Below, in pieces: positions 25,561 to 38,286 of a stretch of 64,000 nt of DNA (position 1 is its first letter; each line of letters opens with the position of its first letter). The stretch covers positions 1 through 64,000 of the forward strand of contig JABLTG010000042.1 in NCBI GenBank assembly GCA_016618085.1, given 5' to 3'. The stretch is from Neovahlkampfia damariscottae. Lineage: Eukaryota. The notes under the pieces are model-generated. The model was not told where the DNA came from, did no database searches, and saw only the letters and a list, made by a program, of their open reading frames with translations. Both the position numbers and the translations under genes were made by a program.

Positions 25561-25861
25561 TATTCATACCATTATTTGAATTGACCAATCATTTGGCTGT
25601 ATTCAATAACTCCGTCTTCGCTCTTTGACCAATCAGAATGTGCCACATCTACAATAAATGCCAGTTATTTTGTATCGGTTTTTGTCTAAATAAACAGTTC
25701 AGGTACAACATACCAGGACTATCTTTATCACTCAAACTTACTTTTAACTTACTCAAACCTTTATTCCAAACACAAAATTCGTTGAATAAACTGGAATTGT
25801 ATAATTTTGAAATTGGAAGATAATTCATTGGTCAATCATTTTGTAAACAAAATAAACAATC

Positions 25862-26465
25862 ATGCAACGTTACTTGCTCAAATTGAACAGTGTAAAATCA
25901 ACAACAAAGTTATTACAAACTTCAAAATTATTATATTCAACTAAAAACTCAAAAATACACTATGTCAATTCACCAAAAGCTCCAAAAGCTGTTTATATTT
26001 TATTTTCTAACTTTTGAAATAGGTTGGACCTTATTCACAAGCAGTAAAAGTAAATGATCAATTATATGTTTCAGGTTGTATAGGTTTTGTACCATCAAGT
26101 GGAGAGTTCGTTACATTTTTTATTTTTTTTTTATTTTCTTTTAATTAAGGTTGGTCGAAAAATTTGATGAACAAGTTGAGCAAGCACTTATTAATATGAA
26201 AAATGTTTTAGAAGAAGGAGGAAGTTCACTTTCAAATGTTCTTGTGACTAATATTCTTTTAACTGATATGAACGATTTTCAACAAGTTAACGAAATTTAT
26301 TCAACATGTTTTTAAAATACCAAAAATTTATTAAATTATTTCTCAATAGTTTTTGAAGGAGATTTGAAACCAGCAAGAGCATGTTATGCAGTTAAAGAAC
26401 TTCCAAAAGGTGCTAAATTTGAAATCACAGCAATTGCATTAGTTGATGGAGAAGAAGTAGAATAA
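25862..26465 (+). CDS. RidA/YjgF/UK114 2-iminopropanoate deaminase, probably mitochondrial
   Basis: APKA|VGPYSQAV..LYVSG..QALINMKNVL..DMNDFQQVNEIY..PARACYAVKELPKGAKFEI; 3 introns; missed by the ORF track. Confidence 0.92.
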
Positions 26466-26469
26466 ATTT

Positions 26470-26620
26470 TTAATGAAACATACCTTTCTTTATCCAAGTT
26501 GTATTTTTTAACATTTCACCTCTTGAAAATACATAATCAATTGAAAATGAATCATAATCAATAATTAAAATATCTGCATCAAATCCTTCTTTAATTTTAC
26601 CTTTATTTAAATAAAATCTT
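26470..26620 (-). pseudogene. C-terminal fragment of an amidohydrolase (isoaspartyl dipeptidase-like)
   Basis: RFYLNKGKIKEGFDADILIIDYDSFSIDYVFSRGEMLKNTTWIKKGMFH*; in-frame stop shortly upstream and no room for the rest of the gene. Confidence 0.7.
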
Positions 26621-26801
26621 TGGATCAACTCATCGAATGTGGGTTTGATTGGATAATAAATTGTATGAACAATTCAATGTATTATATAATAGGTACTCTG
26701 ATAAAGTGAGTTTCAAAGAAAATTATTCATCTTTTTTTAAAACAAAATAATTTGACCAATAAAATCAATTCCCTCTATTTTTTTTTTTTGTAACGTTCGA
26801 A

Positions 26802-27272
26802 ATGGAAAACCAAATCCTGCCAACGTCTGTATTCAATGAAAATTCTTCTATAAAGAAGAGTTTAAGTTCAAAGAATATCAAGCAAAAAGATATATCTTCC
26901 AGCACATCAACTACCACAAACACAAAATCACGTTCAGTATTTTCAGACCTTTCTCATAATCCAACACTTCAATCTTCCAAACAAAATTTAAAAAAAAAAA
27001 CAAGTAAAACCAAATTTAAGTTATATGAAGATGAGGAAGATGAAATTGAAGTGTTTCATAAACCAAATAAATCAGAAAAACAAAAAGAAACATTTGTATT
27101 TACATTCAAAGATGAAGATGGAAAATTAAAAGAATCCAATTTATCAATTGAAAATAATTTAGATGAATTAATTAAATTTCCAACAACTAAATTCCATACC
27201 AATCAAAAGAGTTTTAATAAAAGAAAGAAAAAATTAAGTTCAATTGAAAATGATTTAACGAATTTAATGTAA
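26802..27272 (+). CDS. Hypothetical disordered protein with D-box-like motif
   Basis: 156-aa ORF preceded by CCAAT; RSVFSDLSHN resembles an APC/C destruction box. Confidence 0.6.
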   Translation: MENQILPTSVFNENSSIKKSLSSKNIKQKDISSSTSTTTNTKSRSVFSDLSHNPTLQSSKQNLKKKTSKTKFKLYEDEEDEIEVFHKPNKSEKQKETFVFTFKDEDGKLKESNLSIENNLDELIKFPTTKFHTNQKSFNKRKKKLSSIENDLTNLM

Positions 27273-27286
27273 AAAAAAAAATAAAA

Positions 27287-28324
27287 TTATTTTTCATTTT
27301 TTTTTTCAATCTTATTTAAAATGGTTGTTGAAATTTCTTTTAAAAATTTAGAAGCAACTGAATCCGGAAAAGAAGAAACAAAATCAATTCCTGAATCTTC
27401 ACTTTCACTTAAATTCATATCAATTGGTATTGTTCCTAATAAATCAATATTATTTTCTTTTGATAATATCTTTCCACCTCCTTTTGAAAATATATAAGTA
27501 ACTTCATCACAACAAGGACATGAAAATCCTATTTTTTTTTAAAATATATAATATTAACCTGACATATTTTCAACAATTCCAATAATTGGAATATTCAATT
27601 TTTTACAAAAATTAATTTCTTTTCTAACATCACTCAAGGATACTTCTTGTGGTGTTGTAACAATAATAGCACCATCTGGATCACTTTTACTCAATATTTC
27701 AGTTAATGTTATATGTTCATCACTTGTACCAGGTGGTGTATCTTTTTATTAAAATATTTTTTGTAAACTTACCAATTAATAAAATATCAAGTTCACCCCA
27801 ATAAACATCTTGAATACCCTTTAAAAAATATTATTGTTTTACCTTCAACAAATTGTTTTATCATTGCTTTTGAATATTATTAGACATCTATTTTATAAAT
27901 ATTTACAATGTTTTTTTGGACCTCTCCAAATAACTGCATCATCAGAACTTTCTAATAAAAATCCAATTGACATAACTGATAATCTTTTTTCTTTATCAAC
28001 ATAAACTGGTACCCATCTATTATTTTTTTAGTCTCTAACGTATTGAAATACCCTTCAGAGCATTGAAATATTTCTTTGCCTTCAACACCTAATATTTTTG
28101 GTATACCTTCATTATTAATATTGAATGAATTAAATTTACTTGGTCCACAAATACTAATTTGTAAAAATAAAATATTGAAAATATTACTCAACATCTAGAA
28201 CACCAACTTTTAAACCAGAATTCAAAAATGATAATGCTAATTGTGATGATACTGTGGATTTTCCTACACCACCTTTTCCAGATAAAACTAAAATCTTGTG
28301 TTTTATATTCTTTAACTTGTCCAT
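27287..28324 (-). CDS. NUBP2: Cytosolic Fe-S assembly factor NUBP2/Cfd1
   Basis: [61 protein letters not shown]; lacks the Nbp35 N-terminal Cys cluster. Confidence 0.9.
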
Positions 28325-28500
28325 GAAAAATGGTTTTTGTTTGGAATGACAATCTTATTGGATAAACTCCGAAAATAGTTAAATTAATCACTTTTGTTTT
28401 TTTTTAAAAAAATATTAGTAAAAGTTCTTATTACCAAAATAAAAATAGGTGGAAATGTTTCCACCAATCATTACAGAATAAAAAAACCATTTAACAAAAG

Positions 28501-29323
28501 ATGAAAAAAAATCAAGTGGTTGTCTCAGTGATGGGAAGTTCTGGTGTTGGAAAATCAGCCCTTTCTACAAGATTTTTATCAGATGAATTTACAGTGGATC
28601 ATGATCCTACAGGTGAATTAGTTTCATCTATTTTCTAAAATTATTAGTTAGTGGTAAACTTTATTTTTGTAATCATATACAGATTATTATCAAAGTAAAA
28701 TAGATATTGATTCAAAGTCTATTGGAATACAAATTATTGATACTGCTGGTATTTTATTTATTTTATGATTAAAAAAATAAGGACAGGATGATTTTAAATC
28801 ACTTTGGAATCAATGGATGCAAGAAAGTGATGGATTTGTACTTTGTTATGATATTACAGACAAAGATAGTTTGAATTATTTAACAGATATTTGTCAAACA
28901 ATATGGAGAAATAAAGAATATGAATTGAATCAAGAATCAATGAATCCACGTTTTCCAATTGTTATTGTTGGATGTAAATGTGATTTAGAAGAAAAACGAG
29001 AACTGACAAAAAATGAAGGAAAAAAAGTTGTTGAAAGTTTAATTTTTATGAATACACCTGAAACAGAAGTGATACCATATTTTCTTGAATCAAGTTCAAA
29101 AGAAAATATTAATGTTAAAGAGAGTTTTGAATCGGTTGTGAGAATGGTATTACAAAAAAGAGAGAGTGAAAAGTTAAAATTTGAAAAAAAGAAAAAATCT
29201 GGAGGAGGAGGAAGTGGTCTTGGTAAAAAATTCACACTATTTAGTTCTTTTTCTGAATCAGATAATGATATTAATGAACTAAGATCTGTTAAAAAGATAT
29301 TAGAAGAAGAAAATAAAAAATAA
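28501..29323 (+). CDS. Ras-family small GTPase without CAAX
   Basis: GSSGVGKS, HDPT|VS|DYY (6-nt microexon), DTA|GQ, GCKCD, ESSSK. Confidence 0.9.
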
Positions 29324-29326
29324 AAT

Positions 29327-29867
29327 TTATGTTTTAAATTCATCAATCAAATCCCTTAATTTTTGATGTTCTGTTTCAAAAGATACAAAATCTTTTTTCT
29401 TTTGCTCAAATTCATCTTCAGTTAAAATACCAGAGTTTTTTAATTTTTCTAATCTAGCAAATTCTTCAATTGTACTTGAAATAAATTCTGAAGGTTGTAC
29501 ATTTGGTAAAGGTGGATCAGATAATTTTCTTACAGCTAATACTTCTGATTTTTTAAATTTTGAGTTTTGATTTGAAACAATATGGTAACTTTGTATTTAA
29601 ATATGAATATTTTATGTTTACTGAGTTTCTTAAATTATTTGTCAAGTTAAAAAAAAAAAATGAATTACTACAATAATATATTCCATCAAAGGCAGAATAA
29701 TTCTTTAAAGTTAATTTTACTTTACAAGAGTTATATTGACATTTAAAACACATTGAATGAACTACCTCAGTGACACCAGATATAGATTCTTGTGGATATG
29801 CACGTTTTCCACAAACTACACATTTTGGAGCAGGAGAACCAAAAGTGAATCTTTTATTGTCTGTCAT
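29327..29867 (-). CDS. LIM-domain protein with C-terminal SHOCT-like domain
   Basis: CVVC..HSMCFKC..C..YYC|KTH (7-nt microexon); ELARLEKLKNSGILTEDEFEQKK. Confidence 0.85.
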
Positions 29868-29910
29868 AATTTTCAACCAATGAAACAAAAGGAATAAAAT
29901 TTAAAATTAT

Positions 29911-31776
29911 TTATTCATTTTCTAATTCTTGTTTTCTTTTTTCTTCTTCTTCTTTTACCATTTCTTTTTCAATCTCCTTTCCAGATTTTTTTTCATCTTT
30001 TTTTTCATTATCTGAATCTTTTTTCTTTTTATCATTATCTGAATCATCATCATCTGAATCATCATCATCTGAATCATCATCATCTGAATCATCATCTTCT
30101 TCTTTTACTTTTCTACAACAATAGATTTTTGGTATTAATTGCCATTTTGTCATACCAACAAACATTACAAAAACAAAAATGGCTTCACTGATATACAATA
30201 ATGTTGGTGTTAATAAAAATGCTTGCCAAGAAATAACACCTGGAAAAACATTATTAATTCCATAAAAAATGAATGAAAAATCAGTGACAACAAAACATAA
30301 AATTAATACAAATGTAAGTTTCGTAAATTTCAATTTTGTAAAATGTAATACTCTCAGTTTTGGATCTTCTGGAATTGCAACTGCTAAAATACGAAACATA
30401 ACAATTGTAAGTACTGATAAAAGAACACTAAAAATAGCAAATACTAAAAATAAGAATCAAATAAAAATATTCATACCTACAACAAGAAATACAAACCACA
30501 TTCCAGTTAAAATTAAAATTGGAAGATTATTATAATTTGTTCTACCTTGTGCAATAATTAAAGCACCACCTAATAAACAATATCCTAAAAATAAAACACT
30601 TGAAACTATAATCAAAATACTATTTAAAAGATCAATGGTTTAGAAAAAATATATTTTCGTTTTTACGTATTTCTAATGGATAATTTTGTTTTACTAAAAT
30701 TTTTTGATTGTTCAGCTGCATGTGACCATAAAGTAATAATTTGAATAAAAGTTAAACAAATAAATAAAAATGAAAATACAACACCAAAAAAATAAAAATA
30801 ATTATTTGTCCAAATATCAATAAATGCCCAAATTGTTGGTATAAAAGTAGCTAATATTAATAATAATATAGATTGATGTCTAATACTTAAAATAAATCTC
30901 CATTGTGCAAATAATTTCTTCATTTCAAATTTACCACGTATTCTTTTTTTTAAATCTGGTATAAAATTTAATGCTTCTGGAATTGCCATTAAAAAGAATA
31001 CTAAAATAAATTCAATTCCAAAAACAACAACAATTGATGAAGGTACAAAATAAATATAATATGGTATAAGTACTTGATGTGTAATATCATTTTGAAATAA
31101 AATTAAGTTTTGATCAAATACATAACATCCTGCAACAAATGGAAGTGGTATACACATTGATGATGATGGTCCAGCTGTAACTTGTCCACATGATTTAGTA
31201 CTGCACCATTGTCCTAAACTAGTTTTAGTTGACCAGTCACATGAGTTTGCTTGTACTTTGTTGATAAAACTTGTTAAATTTCGAGTGATATCACAAAGAT
31301 GACAAATCTAAAACTTTAATAAAATTAATAATATCAATTACTGCAAATGCTGAGTTGGCTTGTTGAAAGTATTTTGTCCAATTTCCGTTTCGAGATTTTG
31401 TATCTCTAATTTTTTGAACCATATATGGAGCAACATTGGATGGTTGACAAAAATATTTTTCACAAAATGTGCCATCATTCCATTCAGTAGCATTTCTTTC
31501 CATGATTAAAGGAAGCGCATAGGAACATAATTCATCTGTTTGATCTGACGTAACATCAAAAACAGGACCATAAAACATTTGATTTAATGCACCTGCCCAA
31601 ACTGAGGTCCAAGCAACATAAATTTCAGCACTTCTTGGTGAATGAATTTTAGCTACTCTTCCTGTGCTTGCATAATATGGACCTTTTTCAATAAAATTTG
31701 GTACCTTTGCAAATTTAGCGGCATTTGAAATATAAAAAAAAACAAAAACCAAGCAAATGAACAAAACTCTTTTCAT
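29911..31776 (-). CDS. Signal-peptide plus multi-pass (about 7TM) membrane protein with acidic tail
   Basis: Signal peptide, Cys-containing ectodomain, several hydrophobic helices, (DDDDS)n tail; 2 introns. Confidence 0.65.
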
Positions 31777-31859
31777 TGTTTGACGTTGACAATTGATGTT
31801 GACCAATCAAATTTTAAAAAACTAAACGAATCAAAATTTTGATATAGAGATAAATAGAT

Positions 31860-32900
31860 TTATTTTTTGAAATTTTTTTCTTCTTTCTGTAAAATAATAG
31901 ATTTTGAGTATGGTTGGTCAATAGGTGGAGACAAAACATCAATAGTATTTTCATTTTGTTCATACTAATTATTTCATTATTAAAAATATATATCATTCTT
32001 ACATTTTTATCTGGATCATAACCAGATAAATCACCGCATGTCAAAAATGGAATCATAATATCATTCAAATTATTTTTTTTCAATTTTTTTTCATAGAAAT
32101 GATCCGATAAAGGATCTATCATTGAAGGAACATAATCCTTTGGTGGATTATATTTTTTACAAACAACAAAAGCTTCTATTGAAGCGTTTCTTGAACTTTT
32201 TGGTTTCGTACAATAAACTTCTTCAAAGAACATTTCTAATTGTGAATAAAGAAGTGATATATTCTTTCCTCTAAAAATTTTTGCGACAAATGTTCCATTT
32301 TTTTCTATAACATGAGTTGTAATATTTAGTGCCTTCAAAAATAAAAATTAAATGATGATAAAAACAAACTGCTAAAATTAATTGAGATTGAACATATTCA
32401 TCTAAAATAAAATAAAATTTTTGATTTAAATTTACCAATATCATGGTTTCCAGTGACATCAGGAGCTCCATCACATATCACCAAATGAGCTTTCTCTCCT
32501 TTAAAATATTCTATAATTTTATTCGCTGTTTCTTCACTTGTTATATCACCTTGAAATATATTAATTCCTTCAATTGGAGCCATTTCTTGCAAATCAACAG
32601 AAACAACAACAACGTCTTTGTTCAGTTTACTATGGATAAGATACATTGAAATAAAATTACCTAGAGTATTGAGTAAAGACAATAAATATCATACCCATCA
32701 TTATCAATTAACAATTTCCTTTGAAGTACTTGACTCCAAGAACCTGGTGCTGAACATAGATCAACAGCGTGTTTTACGTTTTCAAATATTTGGAATTCTT
32801 CGTCAACTTGTAGAAGTTTAAATGCACTACGTGCTCTCCAGCCTTCTTCTTTTGCTTTTCTATAAAATATATCTCTTTTATCTTTTGATTTCTTTCCCAT
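31860..32900 (-). CDS. TRM7: tRNA (cytidine32/guanosine34-2'-O)-methyltransferase Trm7/FTSJ1
   Basis: [76 protein letters not shown]. Confidence 0.95.
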
Positions 32901-32946
32901 GTCAGTTGTTTATTGTTTGGAAAATTAATTTTTTTCAACCAATTAA

Positions 32947-34969
32947 ATGACAACAACTAAAAAAGAAATTGTTACTGAAGAAGTGGACAGATTTTGTTGT
33001 TCTTATACATTTATACCTGATGAAGAAGAAGAAAATGAATGTACAATGAATAATAGTAAAAGAGTTAATTCACCAAGAAATAAACCTGAGAGTTTGGAAA
33101 TAGTTGAAAATAATTTTGAAGAAGATTATATTAATGAACAAGAAGAAGAAGAAGATATCAAAATACAAGAATTTGAATCTATTCCTTTTGAACAATTCAA
33201 AATGGATGAATTGAGTTTAAAGTTAACACGTTTACAAAAGACTTTAAATAGAGATGATAATTTTGAACAAATTAAAGAATTAAAAAAAGATTTACAAAAA
33301 CAAATTCAAACACTTTTATCATTGAGTGAAGAAATGAGAAAAAGACCAATTAACTTTGAAGGTAAATTGATCCAATCAGGTTCTAATTTAAAAATAGAAA
33401 TAAAATTAATGAATTTTGAAAAGTTAAATGAATTTGAAAAAGTTAGTTCTGAATGGTTTAAAATATTAACTAAATTAAATGCAAAATTAATTTATGAAGA
33501 ACATTATACAACATTTGAATTAGTTTCAAATATAAATAAAAAAGTGATTGATAGAAAGATAAATCAACAATTAAAAGAAACAAATAAAAAATTAAAAAAA
33601 AAAGAAAATGAAATTATTAATTTATATACTAAAATCGAAAATATTGAAAAAGTATTAGGGGTTAAAGTTAAATCAAAATATGATTTAGCAGCAATAAAAA
33701 TACAAAAAATATGGAAAAGAAAAAGAATAATAAAAAAATGGAGAGTATTAGTTGATCAATTTTGTAATTCAAAAGAAGGAAAAGAATTAGGTGAAAGAAA
33801 TAAAATTATATCAGAAATAGCCAATACAGAAAGAATATATGTACGTAGTATAAATGAAATGAAACAATTATATGTTATTGAATTAAAAAAAATTGCAATG
33901 AATGAAAATAAAAAGAAATCATTCATTTCATTTAAAGATATTGAAAATATGTTTTTAAATATTGAACAAATAGTTCATATGCATCAAATATTTTTAAATG
34001 AAATTGAAGGTAAAATTGAAAATTGGCCAAGAATATATTTGTAATTTAAATAACTTTAATTAAATATTTAGAGGTGAAGCATTTTCAAATCATATTTCAT
34101 TCTTTTCAATTTATGAAAATTATATTAATAGATATGATAAAGCATTAAAAAATATTAAATTATTTAAACAAAAGAATTTTGAATTTCAAGAATTTTGTGA
34201 TAATAATCAATTAAAAACAACTGGAAATCAAAGTATAAATAGTTTATTTATAATGCCAGTTCAAAGATTGTATTTTTTATAATTTATATTTTAATTTTAT
34301 AGACCACGTTATAAATTATTACTTGATCAATTAATTAAACATACTCCAACAGAACATATTGATTATAATGATTTAGTTAATGCAAGAGATAAAATATCAA
34401 AAACTGTTTTAGAGATTAATCAAAAAAAGAAAGAATATGAAGACGAAAAAATTGTAAATGAATTTATTAATTCAATTGGTAATAAAAAATCACAAGAATT
34501 AGATTTAAATTCAAGACTATTTATAATTTCAAGACATATTACATATATAAAAGATGATAAAACATATAATAATTGTAATGCTTGTTTTTTTAAAGATATG
34601 ATTTTAATTTGTTCAATTAAAAATACATCATTTTCACAATTCTTATCAAAACCAAAGAATACTTCAAAAAAAGGTTCATTTTCAAATTCAAAAAAAGGTT
34701 CATTTTCAAATTCAACAAATGATCAAAATAATGAAATTATTGAAAAAATGAATTATTTAACTCATATCCATTTAGATTCAAATTCAAAATTAATTTCAAT
34801 TGATCCTAATTTTATTATAAAAGTGAATGATAAAGTATTACATCAAATATCTCTTGGTAGTTCAAATGAATTATCTGTGAGTGGTCAAGATGAAATAGAA
34901 CAATGTTTAATTAATTCTATTGGTGAACCTTTAAACAAACCAGAATGGTATCAAAATAAGAATATTTAA
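32947..34969 (+). CDS. IQ-DH(-PH) RhoGEF
   Basis: AAIKIQKIWKR IQ motif; EIANTERIYV; FIMPVQR|LPRYKLLL. Confidence 0.88.
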
Positions 34970-35627
34970 TAATTCATATAACGAATAAAATGATTAATTG
35001 CAATAATACAAGCAAATATTACACCAGGTAAAAATCCAAATAATGTTAATAAACAACAAATTAAAAATGCTCTAACATATCCTTTTTCATGCCAAAAATG
35101 AACATGTCCTTGTTCTGATGGATCAGCTCTATTTTGTTTTGATTCAAAATATTCATATACATCATATCTATCACCTTTCAGAGTTTGTTAAAAAAACATT
35201 TTCTTACTTCTCAAACATGGTAATGCTGATAAAAGTACAGTCAAAGGTGGACAGAAAAGTACTAAATTAATTGGTATTGAAACTAAAAAGAAGAATAATG
35301 AAATTGCAATTGGTGTCATACAACAACAACAAATGAAACCAGAAAATATTGAGCCACAACCTTCCAAGCATGAATCACAATCTCTGTCACATAAATGTTC
35401 CATTCCCTCTTTTTATTATTTTTAATAAATATTTATCATACCGTTAAAACAGTTTGCACAAGGATTATCATCACACCAATCTCCATTACAATAAATACAT
35501 CCAAAACACTGAAGTGGAGTTAATCTTGATTTTTAATGTACATTTGGTAGACCTTTACATGATTAGAATAAAAATAAATACACTGTTCACTCAAACAAAT
35601 ACAACAACTATCTTCGTTTTCTTCCAT
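34966..35627 (-). CDS. Cys-rich small membrane protein with Pmp3-like C-terminus
   Basis: VLFCPPLTVL..AFLICCLLTLFGFLPGVIFA; multi-exon; 5' exon structure uncertain. Confidence 0.6.
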
Positions 35628-35707
35628 ACAAAAAATACTTTGATTGGTTGAAAATTAAGACCACTTAAGTTTATTCATATTACGCAACTAATTATACAGG
35701 AGTCTTA

Positions 35708-37974
35708 TTATTTTTTTATTTGATTTGAATTCACATTTTTGGTACTCCTAATTTGTGATTTTACATTTTCATTTTTTTTTTGAGGTAATTCAGGTAGTGT
35801 TTTTGAATTTGATTTTAAAATTAAACTATGTTTTCTTACAATTGGTTGATTATTTGGTGATAGATGATTACCCATTGATTTACCATTATGATTATTAATA
35901 TTATTTGATGATGTTAATCCAGTAGATAATGAATTTAAATTTGGATTTGGTAATGGTTTTGAAGGTAATGGTAATGGTTTTTTTGTAACTTTTGATTGGA
36001 TTATTTTTGGTATAAATTCTTTAATCACTGGAATTAAATCTTCTTTTTCTTTTTTATTTTTTGGTAATTTATCCCAAGAGGAACCTAATACTTGATTTAA
36101 AGAAATATCAGAATTTAAAATTTCATTAAATAAATTTTGTTTTGATTCTAAATCATTTAAATTCTCTTTTAAATCAATTACTAATTTTCTTTGATTTAAA
36201 GTTAAATTATATAAATTCTTTTCTAAATTATATTTTTTTTCTTCTTCCATTTTAATTTTTTGTTGTAATTCTTCTAATTTTAATTTTTGATGTTTTAATT
36301 CAACATCAACTGTAAATAAATTCTTTTTTTCAATATCAAATTCTAATGACATTTCATTTAAATCAAATAAAGTTGGTTCAATTCTTTGATAATTTATATT
36401 TCTTTCAACTCCAAATTTAATTAAATCTTCTTGTTTTATACCAGAATTTAAAAGTGCTATTCTTTCAATTTCAATATTTTCTAAAAATAGATTCTCCCAT
36501 AATTCTCTATCCATTGTTTCTTTAAATTTCAAATAAATCATTCTATTTTCACCTTCATTTAATGTTTCTAATTTAATTTCAGTTGTATTTTGACATTGAA
36601 TTAATTTAGTACATGAAAAATAAATGAATAATACATTTCTCTTTTCTTTCTTTTTTGATGATTGATTTTGACCACTAGTTCTACTTTTATTATTACTGCT
36701 ACTATTACTAATACTATTACCAATACCACTAATACCACTACTAATACTACTACCATTTCCGTTACTAGATAGATTATTAATACTCAAATTATTATTTGAT
36801 CCAATTAAAATTAACATATTTTGAAAACAATATCCTTCATATATTTCATCATGTATTTCCTGTTTTGGAAATGTTAATTCAAATGAACCTTGTAATTTAA
36901 ATTTTCTATTATTTAATTCATTTAAATATTTTTCACCAATTAATTTTGATAATTCTTTTAATATTTTTGATATTTCTGATATCTTTTTACCATCATTTAC
37001 AAATAAAGCTATTTCTGATATTTTTTTTAAACCATCTTCAGTTGATTTTAAATCAATATAATTTGGTGGTGTATTCTTTAAAATATCTTCAAAAAATAAT
37101 TTATATCCTAATTTGTATTTTAATAAAGAGAGAGATATAATCTTACTGGGTATTCTTTGAACTGGCATAATTAAATAGAATCCAAGACTATTATATTTTA
37201 ATCTTTCATTTTCAATAAATTCAAAAAATGAAGGTATACTCTTTAAATACTTTTCTTTACTTTCTAATGCTGTATCATAATTATTAATATAAACTGTATA
37301 AGATCGAAAAAATGGAAACTAAATATTTTAAAATAAATATTTCTTTTACAACTTTTGAACATATTTCACCAATTCTATTCTCTTTTGGAAATTGTTCCAT
37401 TGTTTTTTCTAATTCAATTAATAGTTTAACATTCAATTGATATATTTGTTCAACTAATAATAAATTTTAAATTATATCTTTGGAAATTACTATTGGAAAA
37501 TAAACTTGTCATTTGATTAGAGTTTAATATCTTTTTTAATGGATTAATGAATGTATTTATAAATAATTTTAAATTTGAAACATAAGTTTTTTCAGTTTGA
37601 ACTAATTCTTTGACTAAGAACATTCTTTGTCTTAATCCTTTATATCTATCACTCTTTTTTAATTTTCTTAATTTATTAAAAATAATATATTGTTTAAGTT
37701 GTTTTTGAAGTCTTTTTTTTCCTTCTATTTCATTGATATTTGGTTGAAGGAAATTTTCTCTCTTTACTTTTTTGGGGTTTATGAATTCAAATTGTTCAAC
37801 TGATACTTTTTGAGGGTCTTCAGTATCCTCCTCATCTTCGTTATAGTAAGTATGAATAATTCGTTTTGGAATATTTTTTTCCATGGAGGTTGTCACCATT
37901 TCATTCAAATCATTTTCTGAGGAAGCTCTTTTCCTTGGAGACAACTTTGGAAGGTTCAACTTTTTTTTAAACAT
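35708..37974 (-). CDS. DH-PH RhoGEF with coiled-coil/Pro-rich tail
   Basis: KELVQTEKTYV, YINNYDTA, LIMPVQRIP|RYKL. Confidence 0.88.
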
Positions 37975-38286
37975 CTTTTTGTTCAAAAACTGAAGTGGAA
38001 AGCAAGCGACAGATGATTGGTCAAAAAATTATGCATGAGAAAACTTAAATTGGCATTGAAATGTTTTAACAAATAAGTTATTTCAGTTTTACCTTCCGAT
38101 TATTCATGTACTTAGGAATATTAGTCCATATGAATGATATGATGGCGAAATGAATGATTCACAGAGTATTTTTCCAAGAGTCAAAAAGAAGATCACAATA
38201 CAACTAGTTTTTTTTATGAACAGTAGAAAGTTTTTCATAGAATCAGTCAGAATTGAGTGGTCCAATCATATTCCCTCTTTATTTCA

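Noticed and set aside
30034..30095. 15-bp tandem repeat; also 52744-52800 and 34663-34712
   Set aside because: Coding low-complexity repeats (DDDDS, SDSDS, SKKGSFSN), not CRISPR or satellite
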